From Chiloscyllium plagiosum (lineage: Eukaryota), in NCBI RefSeq assembly GCF_004010195.1, contig NC_057718.1:63324008-63344007 (forward strand): DNA of 20,000 bases, written 5' to 3'. Positions within the stretch are counted from its first letter, which is position 1; every line of letters starts with the position of its first letter. The position numbers and the translations under genes were made by a program. Under the pieces are notes generated by a model, which was given only the letters and a program-made list of their open reading frames with translations, did no database searches and had not been told where the DNA came from. Positions 1 through 10,945 of this stretch are shown in pieces.

Positions 1-312
1 TAGTGAAATACGGTTTCCCACACACAAAGCCATGTTGACTATTGCTAATCAGTCCTTGCCTTTGCAAATACATGTAAATCCTGTCCCTCAGGATTATCTC
101 CAGTGACTTGCCCACCACTAACATCAGGTTCACTGGTCTATGTGTTCCCTGGCTTTTCCTTACCACCTTTCTTAAATAATGGCACCCCTGGCATCCACCC
201 TCCAGTCTTATGGCATGTCACCCGTGGCTACCGATGATACAAATATCTCACCAAAGGGCCCAACATTCACTTCTCTAGCTTCCCACAAAGTTCTGATCAG
301 GTCCTGGGGATT
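1..312 (-). mobile_element. CR1 LINE ORF2 fragment (region just upstream of the RT core)
   Basis: Reverse complement of aaagccatgttgact encodes SQHGF, a CR1 ORF2 motif; the segment is homologous to 12262-12545 in the long CR1 copy. Confidence 0.8.
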
Positions 313-327
313 ATGTGCCAGTGCTCA

Positions 328-570
328 AAAATTAGGAGTCGCCCATTTAAAGAAAACAGATGTAATTATTTCTTTCGTAGGATTGTGATTGTTTGGAATT
401 CTCTTCCAGACAAGGTGATAGATGTAGGTTCTTGAATATTTTAAAGGCAGTGATGGATAGATTCTTGTTATCAAGGAGTTGCAAGATTATCAGGAATAGG
501 TAGGAATGTGGATCTGAAGTTACAATAAGATCAGCCAAGGTTAGCAGGTCAACTCCTTTACTGTAACCTG
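328..570 (+). mobile_element. Degraded CR1 3' end (ORF2 C-terminus and 3' UTR)
   Basis: aggattgtgattgtttggaattctcttcca...ttgaatattttaaaggcagtgatggatagattcttg reads RIVIVWNSLP...LNILKAVMDRFL, typical of the CR1 C-terminus. Confidence 0.7.
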
Positions 571-664
571 GATTCACATAATTTAGTCATGTCTTGCTGT
601 TCTTTTCCCAAGAGAAAAAAAATAACCCCACTATTCTCCTCCTCAAACCAAATGTTTTCTCAGC

Positions 665-1720
665 CTGGGCATATTTCTTAAATGGTGAGATGTTGCAAAG
701 TAAATGTACCAAGGACCTAGGTGTCCTTGTCAATAAGTCACAGAAGGCTAACATGCAGGTACACCAAGCTGTGATGAAGGTTAATGAAATGTTTATTAAA
801 AAAAGTGATTGCTGGAGAAACTCAGCAGGTCTGGCAGCAAATGGGGAGTCAATGCTTTGGGTCCAGTCTCTCAATGACTAGTGGTAGCTAAGAAAAGGTG
901 GTATATATCCTGAAGATGGTGGGGGTGGTAAGGAAGTAAGCAATAGAGGCAATAGGAGCCTTGGGGGGGAAATAAAGACATCAAGGCAGACATAAGGATG
1001 GATAATGGTGATCCAGGGAGAAAGAACAGCTGCTAATGGAAACCATAGGTAAGTGACATTGGGTTGGCAATGATGTAAGCAGCCCACGTGATGACAGGGC
1101 CTACGTTGTTAAAGGACAAGGTTAGGGTTATTGAACTCAATATTGAGTCCTGAAGGCTGCAGGGTCCCCAAGTGGAAAGTGAGATGCTCTTCTTCCGGTT
1201 TGCACTGCGCATCACTGGATCACTGCAACAGGCACGAGACAGAAATGTTGCCCGGTGAACACGGTGGTGTGTTGAAGTGACAAGTGACTAGAAGCTTGGA
1301 TTGTTTTTGTGGAAAGAACATAGGTTTTCTGCAAAGCAGTGACCCAGTCTGCGTTTGCTCTCCCAGTGGAGAAGAAACCACATTGTGAGCAGCGATTACA
1401 ATAGATTAGATTGAATGAAGTGCAGGTTAAGTGCTGCTTCACCTGAAAAGTGTGTTTAGTCCTTTGGATAGTGAGGAGGGAGGAAGGTGCATTGGGCTTG
1501 GGGAAGTGTTGAGAGTGGAGGAGGAGTGGACGAGGGTGTTCTGGCTGGAACGGGCCTGTGGAATGTTGATAAGGGAGGGGAGGGGAATATGTGCTTGGTA
1601 GTGGTGACAGAAGTGGTGACTTATGAAATGTTAGCCTTGATCAAAATAGGATTTGAGGACGGAGATAGTGAAGTTCTGCTTCAACTGTATAGACATTTGG
1701 TTAGAAGCGCTATGTGCAGG
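665..1720 (+). mobile_element. Old CR1 ORF2 fragment split by a Penelope insertion (parts 665-793 and 1623-1720)
   Basis: YFLNGE..KDLGVLVNKSQKANMQV..KVNEM continues after the insertion as EMLALIK...LLQLYRHLVR; atgaaatgtt is duplicated at 784-793 and 1623-1632. Confidence 0.75.
794..1622 (-). mobile_element. Penelope-like element, 3' part (GIY-YIG endonuclease remnant plus pLTR)
   Basis: ORF 1212-1442(-) LTCTSFNLIYCNRCSQCG matches the PLE GIY-YIG start (TCxSxNLIYCIxCxxC..YIGET); pLTR-type tail ctgacctgctgagtttctccagca-like; 10-bp flanking duplication. Confidence 0.85.
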
Positions 1721-1725
1721 TTTAG

Positions 1726-2780
1726 TCTCAGAGTCAAAGAGTTATACAGCATGGAAAAAGACCCTTCAGTCCAACCAGTCCATGCTGAACATAATCCCAA
1801 ACTAAATTAGTCCCACCTGCCTGCTCCTGGCCCATATCCCTCCTAACCTTTCCTATTCGTGTACATGTCTAACATTGTAATTGTACCTGCATCCATCACT
1901 TCCTCAGGAAGTTCATTCTATACCCAAATCACCTTCTGTATAAAGGATTTATTTCTTTTTTTTAAATCTCTCTCCTCTCACCTTAAAAATATGCCCCCCA
2001 GTCTTGAAATCCTCATTCTAGCGAAAAGGCAACTACCATTAACTCTATCTATACCTCTTATTATTTTATAAACTTCTATCATGTCACCTTTCAACTTCCT
2101 ACACTCCAATGAAAAAAGTCCCAGCCTATCCAGCTTTTCTTTATAACTCAAATCTTCCATACCTGGCAACATGTTGGTAAATCTCTTCTGAACCATCTCC
2201 AGCTTGATAATATCTTTCCTGTAACTGGGTGACCAGAACTGGACACAGTATTCCAGAAGAGGCCTCACTAATGTCCTATACAACCTCCACATGACTTTCC
2301 CAATTCCTATACTCAAAGGACTGAGCAATGAAGGCAAGCAAGCCAAATGCCTTTTTAACCACCCTGTCTATTTGTGATTCAACTTTAAAGAATTATTTAC
2401 CTGCACCCCTAGGTCCCTCTATTCTACAACATTACCCAAGGCCCTACCATTAATTTTATAAGCCCTACCCTTGTGTACCAAAATGCAATACCTCATATTT
2501 ATCTAGATTGAACTCCATCTGCCATTTGTCAGCCCATTTGATCAAAATCCCTTTGTAATCTTTAAAAGCTTTTTTCACAGTCTAATATGCCACCAGTTTT
2601 GGTGTAATCCACAAACTTACAAACCAATCCTTCTATATTCTTATCCAAATCATTTATATAAATACCAAATAAAATATGGCCCAGAACCAATCCCTGTGGA
2701 GCAGGTCTTCAGTCTGAAAAGCATCCCTCCACCATTATTCCCTGTCTCCTGCCATTAAGACAATTCTGTGTCCAATTGTT
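1726..2780 (-). mobile_element. 5'-truncated CR1 LINE (RT C-terminal half and 3' UTR)
   Basis: ORF 1978-2346(-) LYRTLVRPLLEYCVQFWSP..LEMVQKRFT..LGLFSLE..KGDMIEVYKI; CR1 3' tail at about 1726-1830. Confidence 0.92.
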
Positions 2781-3241
2781 CTAAGAAGGTTTGAGGAATG
2801 TTCTGTTAATTCACAATAGAATTTTCTGAAGGGACATCATTCATTACAGAATGAATGCAACAATGTTCGAACAAATCTATCTGAATAAACGTGTGTTTGA
2901 TACACTATGCAAAACAAAGAAAACTACTTTGGCAATTGTTTCTGCTTCTGTAAGAAATATTCCATTATGACAAGCAAGGTCATGTGGAATCCATTGAGAA
3001 TTCCTATAGTTACACCTGGTCTCCCCATTGAGCAGAAATGTTTATGACTGACCACCAGTGCGGAAGTTAAATTCAAATCCAGACAGTCTTACTCAGAGTA
3101 TTCCAGTGCACTCATTATTTTGTTCCCCATTTCCTGAAGTTCACTTTCACTCAGATTTCATTCCTGAGTTAATGCCCCAAGTAGCTAGGGAGTGGCTGTT
3201 GATTATTGAGGAGTATGAGGAACAGGCTATTCAATTAAAAC

Positions 3242-3596
3242 GAGATGGAAACGTGTTGCTGGAAAAGCGCAGCAGGTCAGGCAGCATCTAGGGAACAGGA
3301 GAATCGACGTTTCGGGCATTAGCCCTTCTTCAGGAATCTGTGCAGAGGAGATGACCTGGGGGGTGCAGTGAGAGAGGGACTCACTGAAACCTTTGTAGAG
3401 GGAGAAAGAGAGCTTCTTCAAGGAAGGCATCCTTGTAAGAGGATTCGCAGTAGGTTGAAATCTTTGAGGAGAAAGTGAGGTCTGCAGATGCTGGAGATCA
3501 GAGATGGAAATGTGTTGCTGGAAAAGCGCAGCAGGTCAGGCAGCATCTAGGGAACAGGAGAATCGACGTTTCGGGCATTAGCCCTTCTTCAGGAAT
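3242..3596 (-). mobile_element. Penelope-like mini-element: pLTR, ORF 5' stub, partial pLTR
   Basis: 96-bp direct repeat at 3242-3337 and 3501-3596 (1 mismatch seen); spacer encodes MPSLKKLSFSLYKGFSESLSHC, resembling a PLE ORF N-terminus; same pLTR family as 11730-11857. Confidence 0.8.
3298..3338 (-). ncRNA. Minimal type I hammerhead ribozyme motif (PLE pLTR), copy 1
   Basis: Minus strand reads GAUUC-CUGAAGA-A-GGGC-UAAU-GCCC-GAAA-CGUC-GAUUC: conserved CUGANGA and GAAA boxes, perfect 4-bp stem II, palindromic ACGU in place of stem III. Confidence 0.65.
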
Positions 3597-3597
3597 T
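3557..3597 (-). ncRNA. Minimal type I hammerhead ribozyme motif (PLE pLTR), copy 2
   Basis: Identical core CUGAAGA-A-GGGCUAAUGCCC-GAAACGUC on the minus strand. Confidence 0.65.
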
Positions 3598-3859
3598 GAA
3601 ACCTTTGGTCCATTCCCCTATTTTTGCCCAGCATAAATAAATGGTGCTGATTCTTGAAGATTTCAATTCTCCCATTATCCAGAGCCCTATTTAGGAATGA
3701 GTTCTAGATTTTCACTGCCTTTTTACATAAGAGAGATCACTCCCATATGGCAATCTATTATTTCCTCTTTCCCTAAGAATGTTTCTTTTTACTATATTTA
3801 CATTATTGAACTTGTTCATTAAGTGATGAATTTAGAGGGCTGTAGAGTAGACTAGCTCT

Positions 3860-3928
3860 TTTGGGAGATAGTACAGACACGATAAGTTGAATGGCCTCCT
3901 TCTGTACTGCAAAATTCTATGATTCAAT
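3860..3928 (+). mobile_element. Short CR1 3' tail remnant
   Basis: gaatggcctccttctgtactgcaaaattctatgattc resembles the CR1 3' terminus with its attctatg-type repeat. Confidence 0.55.
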
Positions 3929-3929
3929 G

Positions 3930-5530
3930 ATGGACCGAATTGAATTGACTGAAGATGGGAAGACTATGATGTGGAGGCTGAAACTGATGCTCCACTCAGC
4001 ATTTCTGATTGAAGATGGTTGGAAATCCTTCAGCTTTCACTTTTGTACTCATGTTCTAGACTACAACATCATTGAAGATAGAATTTTCATCGAGCCTTCT
4101 TTTCCTCTTAGTTGTTTAATTGTCCAACACCATTCATGACTGAGTGTGATACGACTGAGAGCTCTGATCTGCTCCATTGTTTAAAGGCTCATTTAGATCT
4201 GTCTGCAGAGTGCACTATTGCATTTTTAGGAACCCCTTGTGGTTCTCCAGAAATGTCCTCCTACACTACTTGTTTTAATCAAGTTGATCCCTGGCTGATG
4301 GGCAATGGGTGGGTGAGGAGACACAAGGTTGTGAGATTACAGATATGCTGTCGGCTGACAATATCTCATTGATGCCCAGTAGTGAGCTGCTGGATCTGTT
4401 CAGAATCTATTCCATTTAGCATGTTATTAATACCATACAAGATGGTCAGTTTAAAGTTGGAATTTCGTCTCCAAAAGGTCTATGTTGTGTCCTTTGTGAA
4501 CCCATCTGTGATAGGCAGATTGATGAGGATGAGCTCAAGTAAGTTTTTCCTTCATGTTGGCTTTCTCACCATCTTTTTGCAAGTCAAATCTGGCAAATAT
4601 ATCTTTAGGACTCAGCCAGTAGTGGTGCTACTGTGCACCAGAGTGATAGACATTGATGTCTCCTTTCCCTGGTACATTCTGTGCACTTGCTACAATCAGT
4701 GCCTCTTCCAAAGGAGTTCAATATGAAAGAGTACTGATTCATTGGGTGAAGGGGTGGGCACTGCAGAGGAGGTAGAAACCAGCAGGGGATTTTTGTTGCC
4801 AACTTTGACATGATGGCAGGAGTCTTCCTAGGATTTGGAGCCAATGTTGAGAACGCCCAGGTTCATTCCCTACTGACTGTATCCTACTGTATTGCCACAC
4901 TCCATGGTCTGACCTACTGGTAGAACAAATATACCAAAGCTTGTGATAGAGGAGTCTGGAATGTTGGCTGAAAAATGTTATTCTGTCAATATGACTATGT
5001 CAGACTATTGTTTGACGAGGCTGAGAAACATCTCTCTCTACTTTGGCATGAATGCCCAAATGTTTGAGGATGACTTTACAAGGTTGATTGGTCATGATCA
5101 ATGCTTAGGCAGATGCTGGATAGTACAGACGGTTTTATTATATGCACTTTTGACATAGGTTAATACTACTAAGCAGCTTATTAAACCATTTCAGAGGATA
5201 GTTAGGGATCAATGCTATTTATGATTAGCATTATTGTTGTATGTACTCAAATAATTAGTGAAAAGTTGAAAAATCTCCACTTACAGGATCATCTTAGGTA
5301 CAAAAGTACCTAGGTACAGTTTCTTCAGTCACATGCTTAGTTACAGTGTAACAACGTCATCAATAGATGGCATCATCTTAGGTACAAAGTACCTAGGTAC
5401 AATCCTTTGTTATTTCTGTGGGTCTGGAGTTCCAGATAGAATGGATTAGGGTGAGGGCCACAGTTTTATTCCTCAAAAGGTCCATAATGAACTAGATGGG
5501 ATTTTGTACAGCAAACTGTCAGTTTCAACC
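3930..5530 (-). mobile_element. Highly decayed CR1/L2-group LINE, AP-endonuclease region and upstream sequence
   Basis: Minus-strand remnants SLVKQ*SDIVILTE (4980-5030), GNTVGYS..LGVLNI (4845-4900) and GDINV (about 4650-4665) correspond to the APE motifs DIVILTE, GGGxxVY and GDFN; many stops and frameshifts; interrupted at about 5230-5415. Confidence 0.7.
5288..5401. repeat. Duplicated 30-bp palindromic module
   Basis: atcatcttaggtacaaa(a)gtacctaggtaca at 5288-5318 and 5372-5401; contains the hairpin taggtac-aaa(a)-gtaccta and the palindrome gtacctaggtac. Confidence 0.85.
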
Positions 5531-5854
5531 ATTTATCATAGCAGTGCCCATTAAAAGTACACAAACCCCTGTTTGACAATTGGATAACACAATAGTTAAA
5601 TAAAAGTATGTTTACAGTATTCATAATCAAAATTAAATACAGATAATTATGCCATGTTATATGCCATGAAATGAATTGGAATAACTTACTAAACAAATGT
5701 TATGAGCCTTTTATCCTTCTCTCCTTGAGACACAATTTCTATTTTAGTTAAAGCCACATTAAGAAGATTAATAAATACTGCCTTGGCAGTAACGATTCTA
5801 ACCATCTGTTGAACAAGTTTCTCATTGTATAATTTTGCTGCCAGTACCTGAATT

Positions 5855-6415
5855 CTCACCAATCACCCTGTACTGCAAAACTCCATTGGCTTCTGATCTA
5901 CTAATTACTTGATTTTTAAATTCTGGACTTCAATTTAAATTTCAACCATGGCCTCATCTTCCTTCCTCTCTGGTCTCTTTACTCTTGCAGCATTTTACAT
6001 CCATTAACCAAAGTGGCCTTTAATTACCTTTTGGAATGCATAGACTATTCTTTTGAGTGCACAGATTTATTTGTGTAACTGCATATGTACGATGCCTTAA
6101 AGGAGATGTGCATGGCCTGTGCAGGATCTGTCAGTTTGCTGCATGGCAGTTCACCTTTGAAAGCTCATTGCCTACAAGTCTCTGAAAACCCCAATGCTGG
6201 TCTCTTGTGTATCCATTACTGTTTCTCTCCCGCCACTGGAAATCATGTTCAGCCATTTCAGCTCCAATTCCTGGAATTCGCTACCTAAACATCTCTGCTT
6301 CTCTCTCTTCCAATAAGCTCCTTAAAACCTCTCTCAACTTGTGCAAAGTTTTATTTTGTCATATTCCTGTGAAATGTGCAGAGATGTTTTACTGTGAATA
6401 CAAATTCACAAAATT
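5855..6415 (+). mobile_element. L2-type LINE 3' remnants (5855-5960 and 6235-6415)
   Basis: Degenerate SPITxVL..LHWL..DFKI..HGL and WNSLP motifs typical of the L2 ORF2 C-terminus. Confidence 0.5.
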
Positions 6416-6431
6416 ATTGAAAAATTCGAAC

Positions 6432-6790
6432 ATATAAACATATGAATTAGGAGAAGCAGGCAAGTGGCCCTTTGAGCCTTCTCTGCCATTCAATACGTTG
6501 ATGGCTGATCTGTTTACGATTCGCATTCTACATTTCTATCTACCCGACTAATTGATTCCCTTGTCAAACAAGAATCTACCTACCTCTGCCTTAAAAATAA
6601 TCAATGACTCCACCTCCACCACCCTTGAAGACACCACCCTTAGAGACGAAGCAGTTTCTCTCATCTTCGTCCTAAAAGGACAAACCCTAAATTTGAAAGT
6701 GTGTCCCCTGGTTCTGGACTCACCCACAAGAAAAGACATGGTTTTTACACTATACTTATCAAGACTGTTCAGGATACTATATATTTTATA
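6432..6790 (-). mobile_element. CR1 3' end fragment
   Basis: ORF 6548-6739(-) VGESRTRGH.FK.R..PFRT..RVVEVESLIIFKAEVGRFL; 3' UTR follows. Confidence 0.8.
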
Positions 6791-7344
6791 TAATATAGAA
6801 AAGGAGGAATCTTAAAATTGGAACATATTTTAAAATTCAATTGTAGATAATTTTGATTATTTCCAACATTATTTTTCATCATTCAATTTTAATTCATTTT
6901 TATTTAGAGTACTAATGTCAGCCTAATCTTAAGGATGACTGTATGAATGTTGATGTTATTGTTACATTTCTATTAACATTACTTTGTCTTCTTCATTAGC
7001 AACCTCTGTCAATGTTTAAATAAAACTATTATTAAAAACGGAAATAGGTAGAAATTGAGCCCACTTAGATGAATTGGAAGAGCAGATGAATTTTCCACTG
7101 GGCACGTGAGATTGCAAAAGGGTTTTATATATAGGTTAACTGAGTGGGCAACGATCTGGATAATGGAGCCCACTCCATTATGCCCATATTTGCAGAAAGA
7201 ATTAAAAACAAAATTATCTAAGTAGCGAGAGATTGCAGACATGCAAGATGCAGAAGCATGTAGGTGTCCCACTGCATGAATAGAAAAGGTTTAGTATGCA
7301 GCTACTGCAAGTAATAAAGCTAATAGAATGTTACAGTTTATTAT

Positions 7345-7890
7345 GTATCCTGAATTGATCAAGTCCCATTTGCCAGGAGTTGGCCCATATCCTTCTAAAC
7401 CCTTCCTATTCATATACCCATCCAGATGTCTTTTAAATGTTACAATTGTCCTAGCCTCCACCACTTCCTCTGGCAGCTCAATCCTTACATGTACTACCCT
7501 CTGCATGAAAACATTGCCCCTTAGGTCCCATTCAAATCTTTCTCCTCTCATCCTAAACCCCCTAAACCCATGTCCCAGGAAAATGGCCTTGTCTATTTAC
7601 TCTATCCATGCCCTTCATGATTTTATAAACCTCTATAAGGTCACCTTTCGGCCTCCGACGCTCTAGGGAAAATAACACTAGCCTATTCAGCCTCTCCCTG
7701 TAGCTGAAATCCTCCAACCCTGACAACATTCTTGCAAATCTTTACTGAACCCTTTCAATTTTCACAACATCCTTCCTATAGCAGGGAGACCAGAATTGCA
7801 CATAATATTCCAAAAGTGGCTTAAAATATCTGATCGGCATGGACAAGTTGGACTGAAGGCTCTGTTTCTGTGCTGTACATCTCTATGACT
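7345..7890. mobile_element. CR1 3' fragment with 5' inversion (7345-7821 on minus, 7826-7890 on plus)
   Basis: ORF 7291-7551(-) RGNVFMQRVV..LPEEVVEA.TIVTFKRHLDGYM; the final 65 bp of the tail is on the opposite strand; intact order is visible at 15170-15250. Confidence 0.8.
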
Positions 7891-7975
7891 TAGAGTTGTT
7901 TAATTCTATGAGAATTTAATACAAAGTAAGGATGCTATGTTTCTGTTACACAGGGCTTTGATGAGACCATATCTG

Positions 7976-9146
7976 TATCATATACATGGACTTTAGTAAG
8001 ATGTTTGATAAGGTTCCCCATGGTAAACTAATGGAAAAAGTGAAGTCACATGGTGTGCAGGGTATTCTAGCTAGGTGGATAAAGAACTGGTTGAGCAACA
8101 GGAGACAGACAGTAGTAGTTGAAGGGAGTTTCTCGAAATGGAGAAAAGTGACCAGTGGTGTTCCATAGGGATCAGTGCTGTGGCCAGTGTTGTTTGTGAT
8201 ATACATTAATGATCTGGAAGAGGGCACTTGTTGGTATGATCAGTAAGTTTGCAGATGACATGAAGATTGGTGGAGTAGCAGAAAGCATAGCAGACTGTCA
8301 AAGAACACAGGAGAATATAGATAGACTGGACAGTCGGGCAGAGAAATGGCAGATGCAGTTCAATCCAGGCAAATGTGAGGTGATGCATTTTGGAAGGTCT
8401 AATTCTAGAGCGAACTATACTGTAAACAGAAGAGCCTTGGGAAATGTTGATGGGCAGAGAGATCTGGGAGTTCAGGTCCATTGTACCCTGAAGGTGGCTG
8501 CACAGGCGGATAGTGGTCAAGAAGGTATATGGTATGCTTGCCTTCATCGGACAGAGTACTGAATATAAGAGCTGGCAAGTCATGTTAAAATTGCATGAGA
8601 CTTTGGTTCGGCCGCATTTAGAATACTGTGTACAATTCTGGATGCCACATTACCAAAAGGATGTGGACGCTTTGGAGAGGGTGCAGAGAAGGTTCACGAG
8701 GATGTTGCCTGGTATGGAAGGTACTAGCTATGAAGAGAGGTTGAGTAGGTTAGGATTGTTTTCATTAGAAAAAAGGAGATTGAGAGGGGACCTGATTAAG
8801 GTCTACAAAATCATGAAGCATGTAGACAGAGTGGATCAATAAGGATTCAATAAGGAGAGGTCACATGTTCAAGGTGAGAGGAGAAAAGTTTAAGGTGGAT
8901 ACACGTGGAAAATACTTTACACAGAGGGTGGTAGGTGCCTGGAACACGTTGTCAGCAGAGGGAATAGAGGCAGGCATGGTAGATTCATTTAAGGTACGTC
9001 TGGCCAGACACACGAGTAGGTGGGGAGCAGAGGGATACAGATCCTTAGGAATTGGGCGATAGGTTTAAACAATGGATTTGGATCGGCACAGGCTTGGAGG
9101 GCCAAAGGACCTGTTCCTGGACTGTAAATTTTCTTTGTTCTTTGTA
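7976..9146 (+). mobile_element. 5'-truncated CR1 LINE with RT core and complete 3' tail (defective)
   Basis: DFSKMFDKVPH, VTSGVP*GSVL, SKFADDMKIGG, WQMQFNPGKCEVMHFG, LVRPHLEYCVQFW, RGDLIKVYKI; ends ...ttttctttgttctttgt; contains a stop and frameshifts. Confidence 0.95.
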
Positions 9147-9485
9147 TACACAATATTAATTTCCTTATTTAAAAAGGATATAAGGTGTTGTTAGCGGTTC
9201 AGAGAAGGTTTATCATACTAATATTTGTAATGGGCAGATAACCCTTTGAGTAAAGATTGTATAGACTAGGTTGTAACCTGCTGGAGTTTAGAAAAGAGTC
9301 AATTTATTTGAAACTTATTAGATCCTGAGGGGTATGGACAATGTGGGTAGAAAAAGAATGTTTGTGGAAGAATCTAGAACTATGTTAAAATAAGAAGTCA
9401 CTCATTTAAGACAGAGATGTGAATCCTTTTTCAGAGACTTGTCCATCGATGGCTTTACTTCCTCTAAAGGTGTTGAAAGCAGAGT

Positions 9486-9935
9486 CCATAAGACGAAGTA
9501 AAAGTACACAATTCAGCCCATCAGATCTGATCTGCCATTCAATGAAATTGTCGCTGATCTGATTACCTTAAGTCCACTTTCCTGTCTTATCCCCATAACC
9601 CTTATTCTCCTCATTGATTAGAATTCTGTTTATCTTAATCTTCAATACACTTAACTCAGTCACGTCAGCCCTTTTACGTAAAGCATTCTGTAGATTCATT
9701 GGTGGAGGCAATCATTCACTAATGACTGTGACAATCTACTTCTTATTACCCTATGAGAAAAGAAGTGTCTGCCTTAAATGGGCAGCCCCTTATGCTGAGA
9801 TTATGCCCTCTGGTTCTAGACTCTCCCGTAAGGAGAAACAAATCTCTCTAGATGTTTCAATAAAGATTTACTCCCACTCACCTAAACTCCAATGAGTGCA
9901 AGCCCAAGTTATTCAATCTCCCCTTATATGAAAAT
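9486..9935 (-). mobile_element. Degraded CR1 3' end
   Basis: ccataaga-type tail; reverse complement of gttatgccctctggttctagactctcc-like sequence encodes GESRTRGH. Confidence 0.65.
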
Positions 9936-10271
9936 CCATATATGGAGTCATAGGTTTGCACAACACGAAAACAGAACCTTTGGTCCAACTCATCCATGCT
10001 GACCAGATATCCTGTTAATCTAGTCCCATTTGCCCAGCACTTGGCCAATATCCCTCTAAACCCTTCCTATTCATATACGCATCTAGATGCCTTTTAAAGT
10101 TATAATTGTACTAGCTTCCACCACTTCCTCTGACAGCTCATGTCCATATACGCACCACCCTCTGCGTGAAAAGGCTGCCCCTTAGGTCCCTTTTAAATCT
10201 TTCCCCTCTCACCTTAAACCTATGCCCTCTGGTTCTAGACTCCCCCAGCTTGACTATTTATCCTATCCATG

Positions 10272-10436
10272 ATTTGGAGGTGCCGGTGTTGGACTGGGGT
10301 GTACAAAGATAAAAAAAAAATCACACAACACCAGGTTATAGTCCAACACCTGATGAAGGAGCAGCGCTAGGAAAGGTAGTGCTTCCAAATAAACCTGTTG
10401 GATTATAACCTGGTGTTGTGTGATTTTTAACTTTGT
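10272..10436. mobile_element. Fold-back mini-element of a second PLE family (inverted pLTR halves)
   Basis: Arms 10302-10348 and 10396-10437 are reverse complements; the loop holds CTGATGA-A-GGAGC-AGC-GCTAG-GAAA; flanked by an imperfect TSD atcctatccatg / atcctacctatg. Confidence 0.75.
10345..10382 (+). ncRNA. Degenerate minimal hammerhead motif
   Basis: CUGAUGA at 10350-10356 and GAAA at 10371-10374; stem II is only partly paired. Confidence 0.45.
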
Positions 10437-10945
10437 ATCCTACCTATGTCCTTCATGATTTTACAAACCTCTACAAGTTCACCCCTTAGCTTCTGATGGT
10501 CCAGGGAAAACAGCCCCAGCCTATTCAGCCTCTCCCTATAGCTCAAACTCTCCAACTCTGGCAACATCCTTGTAAATTTTTTCTGAATATTTTAAAGCTT
10601 CACAATATCCTTCATAAAGTAGGGAGACCAAAATTACACACAATGTTCCAAAACTGATCTAACTAATGTCCTGTACAGCCGCAACATGACCTCCCAACAC
10701 CTATACTCAATGCTCTGACCAACAAAGGAAAGCATATAAACATCTTCTTCACTATCCTATCTATCTGCAATGCCACTTTCAAGGAACTATGAACCTGCAC
10801 TCCAAGTTCTCTTTGTTCAGCAACATCCTCAGGACCTTACCATTAAGTGTATAAGTCCTGTCCTGATTTGCTTTTCCAAAGTACAGCATCTCACATCTAT
10901 CTAAATTAAGCTCCATCTGCCACTCCTTGGCCAATCTAATCAAGA

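Larger units (their letters stand above)
7060..9485 (+). mobile_element. Old CR1 ORF2 remnant in three collinear pieces (7060-7344, 7905-7975, 9146-9485) separated by younger CR1 insertions
   Basis: KANRML.. continues as ..LLHRALMRPYL and then ..LAVQRRF..DLLETY across the two insertions. Confidence 0.65.

Noticed and set aside
3242..3596. CRISPR-like or LTR-retrotransposon/TRIM structure
   Set aside because: Eukaryotic context, only two repeats, no TG..CA ends, PBS or PPT; the sequence matches the PLE pLTR family elsewhere in the window
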